Shown: positions 1-9,038 of the stretch, one piece after another
Numbering within the stretch: position 1 is the stretch's first letter
Layout of the letters: every line of letters begins with the position of its first letter
From: an uncultured bacterium
Lineage (GTDB): Bacteria; Chlamydiota; Chlamydiia; Chlamydiales; SM23-39
DNA length: 64,000 nt
Assembly (NCBI GenBank): GCA_964351495.1
Contig: CAYGOC010000001.1
Coordinates: forward strand, 31,036 to 95,035
Direction: 5' to 3'
Translations under genes and position numbers: made by a program
The notes under the pieces: generated by a model
Told to the model about the DNA's origin: nothing
What the model saw: the letters and a program-made list of their open reading frames with translations, nothing else
The model's database searches: none

Positions 1-19
1 TTTAAGGGCTCCTGTAAAA

Positions 20-1234
20 CTATAGGTTTTTTGTTACCACCAAGATTTTTTTCGCCCCCAATAAACCTACTTTTACTACCTCAAATTCAAAAAAACCTTC
101 TCTTACCTTTTCTCCTTTAACGGGAATATGGCCTAAGCTTTCATGGATAAAATCAGAAAGGGTATCCCCTTCTTTTGCTTCTATATTTGCTTGAAACCTT
201 TGGTTAAACTCCTTTATGGTCATGCTAGCAGAAAGGGTTCTTTCTATATGAGTCTTGGGAGTTTTTTCATGTATAAAAAGAGCTTCTGTTTTGCCGAAAA
301 GAGCCTCTACTACCTTCTCTAAAGAAAGCAAAGCAAACGCCTTCCCCTCTTCATCTAAAACAATAGCTATAGACTGATTATTTTTTCGAAACTGCTTTAA
401 GACTCCGGTAATAGAATCTTTTTTCGTGACAAACCAAGGAGTCTTTCCAATTTTCCCTACAGGTTCTTCAGGATCTGCCTTCAAAAGGTCCCTTAAAGAT
501 ACTATTGCTTTGATATTTCCCTTTTCGTATTGGTAAATAGGAATAAAAGGGGTATAGCGACTCTTTAGTTTTTCTATAAGATCTTTTGCTTTGGTTTCAG
601 AGGAGACAAGAAGTTGATTTTGCAAAGGGTACATAAAGTCTTCTGCTTTTTGATCTTTCATAGTGAAAAAATAAGAAAGAGTCCTATCTAGGTAAGAAGT
701 CTCTTCTACATTGTCTTCAAAAGCTTTTTGCACTTCTTCCCTTGATAAAAAAAGGGAGCTCTCTTTTTTTTGAGGAAGCATTTTGTGAATGATTTTATTT
801 AAAGATTCTATCAAAAAAATAAAGGGTCTTAAAAGGTATGAAACAAAATAGACTACAGGAATATACAGCATTGCTACCTGCTCTGAATGTCTTCTAGCTG
901 CAAACATAGGAGCTAGTTCTGCAAAAATCACTACTAAGACAATTTGGGTAATAGGAGCTAGATCGGGGTTTAATCCAAAAGAATCGTACAGCTTTCTAGA
1001 AAATTCAGAGCCCATCTGCAAAAAGGTATTTACACAGATCAAGGTAGTACCAAAAAGAGTAGAAGGGCGATTTAAGAGATATTGAATCCATTTGGCTCTT
1101 TTGTTTTTTTTCTTCACGTAGTGGCTTAAACGAACTCTATTAAAAGAGACGCAGGCCATTTCAAACATGGAAAAAAAACCCTGGAGAAATATACAAAGCA
1201 GGGTAAAAAACAAAAAACCTTTCCAAGAAGTCAC
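20..1234 (-). CDS. CNNM/TlyC-family membrane protein (DUF21 TM domain + CBS pair + CorC_HlyC-type C-terminus); putative divalent-cation efflux or 'hemolysin C'-like protein
   Basis: 404-aa ORF. The N-terminus is multi-TM (MTSWKGFLFFTLLCIFLQGFFSMFEMACVSFNRVRL). A central CBS-like region follows (IPIYQYEKGNIKAIVSLRDLL; AIVLDEEGKAFALLSLEKVVEALFG), then a C-terminal transporter-associated segment. It overlaps the upstream paralogue by 4 nt. Confidence 0.8.
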   Translation of the reverse strand: MTSWKGFLFFTLLCIFLQGFFSMFEMACVSFNRVRLSHYVKKKNKRAKWIQYLLNRPSTLFGTTLICVNTFLQMGSEFSRKLYDSFGLNPDLAPITQIVLVVIFAELAPMFAARRHSEQVAMLYIPVVYFVSYLLRPFIFLIESLNKIIHKMLPQKKESSLFLSREEVQKAFEDNVEETSYLDRTLSYFFTMKDQKAEDFMYPLQNQLLVSSETKAKDLIEKLKSRYTPFIPIYQYEKGNIKAIVSLRDLLKADPEEPVGKIGKTPWFVTKKDSITGVLKQFRKNNQSIAIVLDEEGKAFALLSLEKVVEALFGKTEALFIHEKTPKTHIERTLSASMTIKEFNQRFQANIEAKEGDTLSDFIHESLGHIPVKGEKVREGFFEFEVVKVGLLGAKKILVVTKNL

Positions 1235-2490
1235 TTCGAGGTATCCTTTTTTTTCGGCTTTAAATAACGAATATATACTCTCGTAATTCTATTAGGTTCT
1301 GCCGCTAATATGTAAAATAAAAAAAGATCGGTTACATATTTAGTTCCTGCTTTGGGAATATCTCCTAACTGCTCTATAAGCCACCCCCCTATCGTTACGG
1401 AAGAGCTATCCTTTTTTAAAGAAACAGAAAAAATATCTTCTAATTCAGCTATTTCTAGCTTTCCACTGGCAATCACCACATTTTCTTCACTTTTAGTATA
1501 CTTTTTTTCAGGATCCCTCTGATCTTGAATTTCTCCTATTACAGCCTCTACTAAATCTTCCTGAGTTACAAGACCGATAATCGACCCATATTCATTGACA
1601 ACTAAAGCTAAGCTTTCCCCTTTTTCTCGAAGATCTTGAAAAAGACTCCAAGCAGAGGTCGATTCGGGAACATAAAAAGGCTTTTTTACAATTCTTCTTA
1701 AGTCCTTTGCTGTTTTAATGGAAATCCCCGAAAACAGATACCTCTTTGTGGAGACAATTCCTACTACATTTTCTAGTCCTCCATCACAAACAGGCACTCT
1801 AGAACACTCTTTATGAATCAAAAAATCTTCTAGATTAGACAAGGGCTCTTGCCAGTTATAATATAAAATCTCTTCTTTAGGACGCATGAGCTCTTTTACA
1901 GAAGCATTTCTTAAGTCTAGATAGCCTTGAATTAGTTCCACCTCTTCTTTTTCCATGATTCCTTTCATTTCAGAGTCTTGTAAAACCCCTTCTAACTCTT
2001 CTAAACTCAAAGATCTTTCTTTTCGTAAAAAGAAAAATAAAAACCGGGAAATATAACTGGTTAGCTCCGTTAAAAAATGGCGAATGGGGCCTAAAAAGCT
2101 CGCTATTTTTCCAATATACGGAGCAGCTATTCTAGCTATAGCCGTGTTGTTAGGTAAAGCTAAAGACTTGGGAATAATCTCCCCAAATAAAAGTGTTAAA
2201 ATAAGAGGAAAGACCACCTTAAAAATCCACCCGGCCTTTTCTTCAAATATCGAAGAGATAACATTTTGGACTAAAATGTTTGCCCCTACGTTTAGCATCA
2301 TAATAGTGACTAAGAGACCTCTTGGATTTTGCAGAAGATGAAAAATCAGTCTCTTCTTACTATCCTTACTCTTTCCATAACTTCGAAACGTGAAAGAAGG
2401 CAAAGAGAAAAAAGCAGTCTCTGTTCCAGATAAAAATCCTGAGAAAAGGATCAATAAAACTAAAAGGAAAATGAGAATAGGGAGTTCCAT
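1231..2490 (-). CDS. CNNM/TlyC-family membrane protein (DUF21 + CBS pair + CorC_HlyC); tandem paralogue of the downstream gene
   Basis: 419-aa ORF with DUF21 signature 'SGFLSGTETAFFSL'. CBS-pair segments are 'VPVCDGGLENVVGIVSTKRYL' and 'ALVVNEYGSIIGLVTQEDLVEAVIGEI'. The C-terminus carries 'GGWLIEQLGDIPKAG', typical of CorC_HlyC domains. Confidence 0.82.
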   Translation of the reverse strand: MELPILIFLLVLLILFSGFLSGTETAFFSLPSFTFRSYGKSKDSKKRLIFHLLQNPRGLLVTIMMLNVGANILVQNVISSIFEEKAGWIFKVVFPLILTLLFGEIIPKSLALPNNTAIARIAAPYIGKIASFLGPIRHFLTELTSYISRFLFFFLRKERSLSLEELEGVLQDSEMKGIMEKEEVELIQGYLDLRNASVKELMRPKEEILYYNWQEPLSNLEDFLIHKECSRVPVCDGGLENVVGIVSTKRYLFSGISIKTAKDLRRIVKKPFYVPESTSAWSLFQDLREKGESLALVVNEYGSIIGLVTQEDLVEAVIGEIQDQRDPEKKYTKSEENVVIASGKLEIAELEDIFSVSLKKDSSSVTIGGWLIEQLGDIPKAGTKYVTDLFLFYILAAEPNRITRVYIRYLKPKKKDTSK

Positions 2491-2544
2491 CTTTCTCTTT
2501 ACTACTTTTTTATGAAATCTTGTAACTTTTAAGCCAAAAACCGG

Positions 2545-2853
2545 TTATGACTTTTCCTTTTTGAAATAGACCTTCATATACCCTTTAGGAACTACCCCTA
2601 ATTTTTTCATTAAAACTTGCTCTATCCAATCAGGATCGTCTTTAGAAGCAATTCGGTCCATCAGATCTTCTTTTTGCTCCAGGAGAGTCTCTTTTTCTTT
2701 TTCAATAAGGGTCCGTTTTTTCTCTAAGAAGGCAATCTCTTCTTTTTTCTTCTGTATTGCCTGGTTGTAACTAAAAAGGCAAAGGATGATAAACAAAAAA
2801 AACCACCAAGATATTTTTATTTTAAAAAAATCTGGTTTTTTTTCGTTTTTCAT
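2545..2853 (-). CDS. Septum-formation initiator family protein (FtsB/DivIC-like)
   Basis: 102 aa. It has a single N-terminal TM (ISWWFFLFIILCLFSY) followed by a short leucine-zipper-like coiled coil (KKEEIAFLEKKRTLIEKEKETLLEQKEDLMDRI). The C-terminal 'DPDWIEQVLMKKLGVVPKG' motif is typical of FtsB/DivIC. Confidence 0.55.
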   Translation of the reverse strand: MKNEKKPDFFKIKISWWFFLFIILCLFSYNQAIQKKKEEIAFLEKKRTLIEKEKETLLEQKEDLMDRIASKDDPDWIEQVLMKKLGVVPKGYMKVYFKKEKS

Positions 2854-2921
2854 AATTAAATCAAATTAACTATTCAATTTTCTTTATTTATTAAAAAGGC
2901 TTTTTTTTCCAGAACAAAATC

Positions 2922-3491
2922 TTACACCTTAGGAAGAACAATGTCCTCTTGTTTCATATATTTCCCTTTTCTATCCGCATAAGACACCTTACAGCTTTTA
3001 TCTGATTGAAAGAAAAGAACCTGGCATAGCCCTTCTCCTGCGTAAATTACTGCAGGGAGAGGCGTTGTATTGGAGATTTCCAAAGTAACGAAGCCTTCCC
3101 ACTCCGGTTCGAAGGGGGTAACATTTACGATAATACCACATCTGGCATAGGTAGATTTCCCCACGCAAACCGTTAAAATATTTCTGGGAATACGAAAATA
3201 CTCCAGGCTTCTAGCCAAAGCAAAAGAGTTGGGAGGGATGATACACGTATCTGCCGTAACATCTACAAAAGTGTCTTTTTGAAATTTTTTCGGGTCTACC
3301 AAAGAGCTGTGCAAATTAGTAAATACCTTAAAGTGGTTCGCAACTCTTAAATCATAACCACAACTGGAAAGACCATAGCTGATAATTTTTTTTCCCATTT
3401 CTTCCTTTACTTGGTAGGGAAAAAAGGGTTCAATCATCCCCTCTTTTTCTGCTAATTCTCGAATCGATTCATCTGACAACAACATAAACAC
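2922..3491 (-). CDS. dcd: dCTP deaminase
   Basis: 189 aa with a dUTPase-fold. Motifs seen are 'SSCGYDLRV', '[31 protein letters not shown]' and C-terminal '[11 protein letters not shown]'. The true start may be the second ATG at 3485. Confidence 0.9.
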   Translation of the reverse strand: MFMLLSDESIRELAEKEGMIEPFFPYQVKEEMGKKIISYGLSSCGYDLRVANHFKVFTNLHSSLVDPKKFQKDTFVDVTADTCIIPPNSFALARSLEYFRIPRNILTVCVGKSTYARCGIIVNVTPFEPEWEGFVTLEISNTTPLPAVIYAGEGLCQVLFFQSDKSCKVSYADRKGKYMKQEDIVLPKV

Positions 3492-3631
3492 TCCTGAATA
3501 TTAAGAACTCAAGGTTAAGACACCCCTAAGAGAAAGCCTAAAACAGATAGAAAAAAAAAGCCAAAAAAATAGAGAAAAACTTGGGAAAAAATTGTAAAGC
3601 GCTTAAATTAACGAACATTACAAGAGTTACT

Positions 3632-4651
3632 ATGGAAAGCCCTTTTTCTGTATCTGAAGAGCAACCTGTCTTTGAATCTTCACTTCGTCCCTGTTCTTTA
3701 GATGAATTTATAGGGCAAGCTTCTGTTATTTCCAGACTCAAAGTCTTAGTACAAGCCTCGAAAAAAAGAGGAGAAGCTATGGGGCATCTGCTTTTTTCGG
3801 GTCCTCCGGGTCTGGGAAAAACAACTTTAGCTCAGATCATGGCAAAATCTTTGGGTGTGAATTTGGTAACAACTTCAGGCCCTGCAATAGAAAAACCGGG
3901 CGATTTAGCAGGTCTTTTAACAAGTCTTCAGGAAAAGGATGTGCTATTTATAGATGAGATTCACCGTCTGAATATCTCTTTAGAGGAGTACTTATACTCT
4001 GCTATGGAAGATTTTAGTATTGATCTAATGATTGACTCGGGTCCCAATGCAAGAGTAGTCCCTATAAAAATAGCCCCTTTTACTTTAATAGGAGCCACCA
4101 CAAGAGTAGGTCTTTTGAGTAATCCTCTTAGAACTAGGTTCCAAAACAACTTGAGACTCGATTTTTACGATCCCCAAGACTTGCAAAAAATCATCTACCG
4201 CTCTTCCTCCCTTTTACACTGCTTTATGGATGATGCTTCTTCTTTAGAAATTGCCAAAAGAGCTAGAGGCACTCCCCGTATTGCAAATAACCTTTTAAAG
4301 TGGGTTCGCGATTATGTGCAAATTCATTTTGAAGGAGCTTTTTCTTTGTCTTCTGTAAAAGAGGCTCTCTCTGTTCTTACGATTGATGAAAGAGGTCTAG
4401 ATGAGATGGACAAAAAAATCTTAGCTGTTATTATAGATCATCATGAGGGAGGCCCGGTGGGAATTAACAATATAGCAGCAGCCATTGGAGAAGATGTCAA
4501 TACCGTGGCTGATGTTTATGAGCCTTATCTAATTATGCAAGGCTTTTTAAAAAGAACGCCTCGGGGTCGTTTGGCTACCCATCATGCTTACAAACATTTA
4601 AACCGGGCATACCCTAAAAACGTTACGGAGTCTCAATATGAGAGTACATAA
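3632..4651 (+). CDS. ruvB: Holliday junction branch-migration ATPase RuvB
   Basis: Walker A 'GPPGLGKTTLA', Walker B 'VLFIDEIHRL', sensor 'RGTPRIANNLLKWVRD', and a C-terminal winged-helix 'RTPRGRLAT'. The ORF track begins at a TTG (3581). The in-frame ATG at 3632 (MESPFSV...) is the more plausible start. Confidence 0.92.
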   Translation: MESPFSVSEEQPVFESSLRPCSLDEFIGQASVISRLKVLVQASKKRGEAMGHLLFSGPPGLGKTTLAQIMAKSLGVNLVTTSGPAIEKPGDLAGLLTSLQEKDVLFIDEIHRLNISLEEYLYSAMEDFSIDLMIDSGPNARVVPIKIAPFTLIGATTRVGLLSNPLRTRFQNNLRLDFYDPQDLQKIIYRSSSLLHCFMDDASSLEIAKRARGTPRIANNLLKWVRDYVQIHFEGAFSLSSVKEALSVLTIDERGLDEMDKKILAVIIDHHEGGPVGINNIAAAIGEDVNTVADVYEPYLIMQGFLKRTPRGRLATHHAYKHLNRAYPKNVTESQYEST

Positions 4652-5825
4652 ATATCTACTTTTTCTTTTTTGTATGATTTCGATTTTCTCCTTAAAGGCA
4701 GAGTCGATCATACCCAATGTTTCAGAACCAAAAAGACCTGAAAAGATCAAAGTCTTAATAACAAAAGAGGCCTCGGAGGCTTTGGTAGAAGTTACAGGTC
4801 CCTACTATGTTTATAACCCCCACCACAATACCAAAATTGCCTCCGGCCTTTTGGGAAAACGATTTTTAGCTCATGCTGGTACAAAAGGGGTAAAATGGGG
4901 AGAAGAGTTTTTGGACATTCACCAAATCTATATCTCTCCTAGGTCAGAAGAGACCTCTCTTTTGGTAAACGGGATTCAGTATGAAGGTTCTATTGCCATT
5001 TATACTGTGGGTAACAAAATTAATATCGTAAACCACCTCGATATTGAGCAGTATGTAAAAGCTGTTTTAACGCCTCAATTTTTATATCCTTTAGAAAGTG
5101 AAGTAATGTCTTCTTTAGCTATCTTAGCTAGAACAGACGCTTATTTTCAGGTTATGAAAAATAAAACTGCTCATTGGCATGTAGATGCTAAAGAGTCTGG
5201 ATATAAAGGGAGCGCCCTAACTACTCCAGGAAGTTTTATTGAAAAGGTAGTAGACTCTACTAAAAACCTCCTTCTAGCTCAATCTTTTCAAGGAAAAAAT
5301 ATTCCTTTCCCCGCCAAGTGGTCAGAACACAGCGCAGGGAAAACAGCTCCTTATAAAACTATTTTTCGAAAAAAAGAAGCGCTTCTCCATGACAAAGCAG
5401 TAGATGCGCCCCACGCTGCGCTTTCTAGAGAGGAGAGTAAGTGGAATTTTCAATTTTCTAAAAAAGATTTAGCGAAAATTTCCGGGATGGATGACCTTTC
5501 TAATGTGGAAGCTTTTATAGATCCTGATTCTCATAAAGCTTACGCGGTAAGACTTCTTGGGGAAAAAGGAGAAAAAAAAGATTTTAACTTTTTTGAATTC
5601 CAAGAGCTTTTGGGTTCTAATCATCTAAAAAGTAGTGACTTCGAAATAAAAATGAAAGGAGATTCTCTGCAGTTTTTTGGATATGGAATAGGGCATGGTG
5701 TAGGGCTTTGTGTTCATTCTGCCTCTGAAATGGCACGAAATGGCGCTACAGCTTTAAGTATTTTATCTACTTTTTATCCGGAGACCTATCTATATAATTT
5801 ATCAGCTATTCCTTTAGAAGATTGA
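4638..5825 (+). CDS. spoIID: SpoIID/LytB-domain protein (secreted peptidoglycan-remodelling factor)
   Basis: The N-terminus is a signal peptide (MRVHKYLLFLFCMISIFSLKA). SpoIID-domain features are 'IEQYVKAVLTPQF...EVMSSLAILARTDAY' and the C-terminal 'GYGIGHGVGLCVHSASEMARNG'. It overlaps the ruvB 3' end by 14 nt. Confidence 0.75.
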   Translation: MRVHKYLLFLFCMISIFSLKAESIIPNVSEPKRPEKIKVLITKEASEALVEVTGPYYVYNPHHNTKIASGLLGKRFLAHAGTKGVKWGEEFLDIHQIYISPRSEETSLLVNGIQYEGSIAIYTVGNKINIVNHLDIEQYVKAVLTPQFLYPLESEVMSSLAILARTDAYFQVMKNKTAHWHVDAKESGYKGSALTTPGSFIEKVVDSTKNLLLAQSFQGKNIPFPAKWSEHSAGKTAPYKTIFRKKEALLHDKAVDAPHAALSREESKWNFQFSKKDLAKISGMDDLSNVEAFIDPDSHKAYAVRLLGEKGEKKDFNFFEFQELLGSNHLKSSDFEIKMKGDSLQFFGYGIGHGVGLCVHSASEMARNGATALSILSTFYPETYLYNLSAIPLED

Positions 5826-5865
5826 GGAAAAAGCCCTTTTTAGGTAAAATCTCCTTCAAAATTTT

Positions 5866-5963
5866 GAGCTGGGGATCTTGAGAATTGAACCTCTGAATCA
5901 GGTCAGGACCGGAAGGTAGCAGCCTTAAAGAATCCGTTCAGGTCTTAAGACAATCTCCAGCTC
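5866..5963 (+). ncRNA. ffs: Signal recognition particle RNA (small bacterial 4.5S-type SRP RNA)
   Basis: Located in a gap with no ORF. It contains the conserved domain-IV core 'CAGGUCAGGACCGGAAGGUAGCAGCC' with a GGAA tetraloop. The 5' arm GAGCUGGGGAU/CUUGAGA/UGAAC pairs with the 3' arm GUUCA/UCUUAAG/AUCUCCAGCUC to form one long hairpin, followed by a T-run (5964-5968). End coordinates are accurate to about 5 nt. Confidence 0.78.
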
Positions 5964-5984
5964 TTTTTGTTTTTAGGAGAAACT

Positions 5985-7829
5985 ATGGGGTATCTGAACT
6001 TTGTTGTAAGATCCAGACAGTTTTCCTTATTTGCTCCTGATTTTGTTTGTGGAGTTGTAAATACTCTCGATGAGGTTTCCCAAGGGGTTTCCTCTTATGT
6101 AAGAGAGCTGTTCAAAAATAAGAAAAATGGGACTTCTACTGAAATTCCTTTAAGGGTCTCTTTAGAGACTTTAGAGGAGAGTGAAAGAACCAAAAATATC
6201 TCCCGTCTTTTTTTTCTATTTTCTATCAGTGCCGTTTGTCAAAACTGTTCTTTTTCCTCTTTGATCTATAAAATAGCTCCTTCTTCTTTACATAAGTATC
6301 TTACTGTAGAAAGGCCTGCCATATCGGTAGGAGAAAACTGGGAACTGTTACGAAAAAGCCATAAAGAACAACTAGATCAAGGGACTCTTTTTTCTGAGTT
6401 TAAAAAGCTATCTATCTATAAAAAGGCCGATTTTTTAGGCAAAGTTTCTGCCTATTTTTGCTTTTTTGTTTTGTATTACGTTTTAGACTCAGACAATTTA
6501 GCCTCTCAGTTACAGGGAAACTTACGAGCTGCCGCCCATTCCTATGATTCCTTTTTGCAAAAAAAATGGGAAAAAGCGATCCAAAAAATAGCTGCTGCGT
6601 TTTCTCGATCTTCGAAACAGCTTTTAGAAGAGTATATAAAAAAGCCGCAGAAAGAAGAGGTTCTGGAATTACAAGATTTTAATAATTATCTAAAAACTCC
6701 CCGAAAAATAAATGGAAAAGAGCTCCACGAGCTTTATGCTTCCTTTTTTGAAGTGTATTTGGCCAGTTATATCCCGAAAGCTTCCTTTTTTCGCTCTCAA
6801 ATAGCATCTTGCTCTCCTGAAAAAGCTACCTGGCTCTCTCTTCCTTTTTATTATCTATTTTCTTGTTTCGACAGTATTTTTCAGATTCCCGTCAATTTCG
6901 TTATAAGAAGGCTTGTATTTCTTCTTGCTCCCAACCTATTAGACTCTTCTATAAAAACGTTTATCCACAAAACACAAACCCCAGGAATATCGGCCTCTTT
7001 ATTTACTTTCTTAAAAAACCTTACGGAAAAATTAAAAAACCGGAATCTTCCAAGATCTCCGGGAACTATGGAAGACGATAAGACTTATCAAATGATCGGA
7101 GAAGAACTTTTAGCTGTTTTTAAAGCCCTTTCAGAAAAAACACCTGAAGAAATGAAAAAAACAACAGAAAAGGATCTGTCTACGATCTTGCTTCCTTCTT
7201 TATTAAACCCTCTTTTGTGTTTAGACAAAAAGATCGGCACTTCTTTGGGAGAGGTTGTCTTTAACAGCATAAAAGCTTCTACCTCTACAGAAAACGTAGC
7301 TCTCCTTGTAGAAACCCTATTTAAAGCTTTTGATGGACAGTTTCAAGAAGGAGGTAAGTCTTCTGAGGAATTAGAAGAGGAATCTATAAAAGCTCAAAAA
7401 GCTGTTTTGGAAAACTTAAAAACTCTCTATGAAAATATTATTGAATCTCAACTGGAGCAGATCATTAAAGACCCTTCTTTAGATGGAAGAGAGGTCTTAT
7501 TGCCCAAAAAATGGGAAGAACTGCAAAGGGAATTTTCTTTAAACGGCCCTTCTTCTACCATAAACGCTTTAGTCTCTACTCTGGCCCGATCTTTTTCTAG
7601 TCCTGAAATAGAAAACTCCCCCTTATCAATACAAATAAGACAGCTTGCCTTGGTAAAAGAAATAAAAGCTCTTATCCAAGCATTTCAGAAAAAAATAGAA
7701 GAAGAAAGCCTTACCAAGGCTGTAAAGCAAATTTTTGAAAAAGAATTAGAGATCTTCCTAGAAGAAATAGAAAATATAGAAGCTCTGTTTTACTCTGTAA
7801 AAGAAGAAAGCTCTCGCAGGAGAAAATGA
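5985..7829 (+). CDS. Hypothetical protein, about 614 aa, with hydrophobic segments and a C-terminal coiled coil. No recognised family; candidate secreted or membrane-associated protein.
   Basis: A long ORF with AGGAGA (5975-5980) 4 nt upstream of the ATG at 5985. The ORF-track TTG at 5967 would overlap the ffs terminator. Hydrophobic stretches include 'RLFFLFSISAVCQNCSFSSLIY' and 'KVSAYFCFFVLYYVL'. The C-terminus is E/K/L-rich. The ORF ends at a TGA, after which the same frame stays open (see findings). Confidence 0.6.
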   Translation: MGYLNFVVRSRQFSLFAPDFVCGVVNTLDEVSQGVSSYVRELFKNKKNGTSTEIPLRVSLETLEESERTKNISRLFFLFSISAVCQNCSFSSLIYKIAPSSLHKYLTVERPAISVGENWELLRKSHKEQLDQGTLFSEFKKLSIYKKADFLGKVSAYFCFFVLYYVLDSDNLASQLQGNLRAAAHSYDSFLQKKWEKAIQKIAAAFSRSSKQLLEEYIKKPQKEEVLELQDFNNYLKTPRKINGKELHELYASFFEVYLASYIPKASFFRSQIASCSPEKATWLSLPFYYLFSCFDSIFQIPVNFVIRRLVFLLAPNLLDSSIKTFIHKTQTPGISASLFTFLKNLTEKLKNRNLPRSPGTMEDDKTYQMIGEELLAVFKALSEKTPEEMKKTTEKDLSTILLPSLLNPLLCLDKKIGTSLGEVVFNSIKASTSTENVALLVETLFKAFDGQFQEGGKSSEELEEESIKAQKAVLENLKTLYENIIESQLEQIIKDPSLDGREVLLPKKWEELQREFSLNGPSSTINALVSTLARSFSSPEIENSPLSIQIRQLALVKEIKALIQAFQKKIEEESLTKAVKQIFEKELEIFLEEIENIEALFYSVKEESSRRRK

Positions 7830-8066
7830 CTGTCCTCTTTAGCAATCATACAGCCTTTTTTAGAAGAAGAAAACCTCTCTTATGAAAGCCTCCCCGTTGA
7901 AAGGCTCCTAAAATTAGAAGAAAGGAGAGAGGCTTCTCTATTTGCAACAAAGATAGAAGAGTTAGAGAACAAGCTATCTGACTTATACCTTAGGCTAAAA
8001 GAAGAAGAAGATTTTTTTTCTAAACTACAAAAAAATGCCCAAAACAGGGAAAGAAGCGCTCCTTCT

Positions 8067-9038
8067 TTGGAAGAAGCTTTGGAAGACTCACGCCTACAGG
8101 TGAATCAGTATAGAGAAAAAATAACTAAGACTTCCTTACAGATAAAAAAATACAAACAAGCTAACAATATCCCTCAAAATTTAAATCAACTTAAGATAAA
8201 GCTTTTACAAAAACAAAGAGACTATACAGCTTCTTTAGAAATTCTACGGGAAAAAGAAAAACAACAAGAAAAACTGGACCTTTCTTTGAAAGAATCTGAA
8301 GCGTTAACCGAAGGTTTAAACAAAGAAAAAGAAGACAAAAAAAGGGCTTTAGAAACCTCCTATATAGCTAAGGTACTACAGGCTCTACCTTTAGTGGGAA
8401 ACAGCCTTGCTGATCTGGAAAGAAGACTTTTACAAGAAGATCAAAGGATTACTAGCCTAAGATCTGAAATTGGCGCTTTAAGGGGAGAAATATCTCTTCT
8501 ACAAAAGCAAAAAGAAGAACAGGAAGACTCCTTTTTTAACGCCTTGCTAAAATATAAAAAAATGTTACACCCCGGAACGGGAGATAGTTCTTCTTTGGCT
8601 AGAATAGAAGAAGCCTCTTTTTTTACCCTATATGAACTCACGAAAGAATCGATAGAAAACACAAAAGAAGCGTTTCGTCAAAAGCTTCAAGCTTTCATAG
8701 ATATGCTTACAGAAAAAGAAGCCCCCCCCCCTATGACCACTATCTCTTCTGCCACTCCTTCCGGTTTTATGATTATACTTACAGCACTTTTTCTAGGACT
8801 GGGCTTTTCTGCCTTTTCTGCCGTTAGCTTAGCTCTTCTTTGTTTTACTGTTCAAAACCCAAAACCTGTTGCAAGTGCAAGTGTTGATGCTTTGGATGTA
8901 ACCAATAAAGCCTCTTCTTTTACGGTAGAAAGACTTACCCAATTTTTAAAGTTGAACGGTTTAACAAATATCTTAGTTCATGTTACTTTAGACTCTTTAC
9001 ATGAACTAGGACCTGACTTCTGGAAAAGGAATTCGTAG
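8067..9038 (+). CDS. Coiled-coil protein with a C-terminal hydrophobic domain (Inc-like). The start is unclear, and it may be the 3' part of a disrupted larger gene.
   Basis: The 323-aa ORF has only a TTG available as a start. It has a long E/K/Q/L coiled coil (residues about 1-200), then a hydrophobic block of about 30 aa, 'FMIILTALFLGLGFSAFSAVSLALLCFTV'. Coding-like coiled-coil sequence continues upstream in shifted frames. Confidence 0.55.
   Translation: MEEALEDSRLQVNQYREKITKTSLQIKKYKQANNIPQNLNQLKIKLLQKQRDYTASLEILREKEKQQEKLDLSLKESEALTEGLNKEKEDKKRALETSYIAKVLQALPLVGNSLADLERRLLQEDQRITSLRSEIGALRGEISLLQKQKEEQEDSFFNALLKYKKMLHPGTGDSSSLARIEEASFFTLYELTKESIENTKEAFRQKLQAFIDMLTEKEAPPPMTTISSATPSGFMIILTALFLGLGFSAFSAVSLALLCFTVQNPKPVASASVDALDVTNKASSFTVERLTQFLKLNGLTNILVHVTLDSLHELGPDFWKRNS
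8722..8731 (+). repeat. C10 homopolymer tract inside a coding region (candidate slipped-strand phase-variation site)
   Basis: The sequence reads 'gaagCCCCCCCCCCtatgacc' and encodes A-P-P-P immediately upstream of the hydrophobic domain. It is the longest G/C run I found in the window. Confidence 0.9.

Noticed and set aside
2084-4149. Short ORFs 2084-2341 (+), 3538-3741 (-) and 3961-4149 (-)
   Set aside because: They are antisense to or overlapping the CNNM, dcd/ruvB-leader and ruvB genes, and they have no motifs. The 3538-3741 ORF spans the dcd-ruvB intergenic region and the ruvB 5' end with no RBS.
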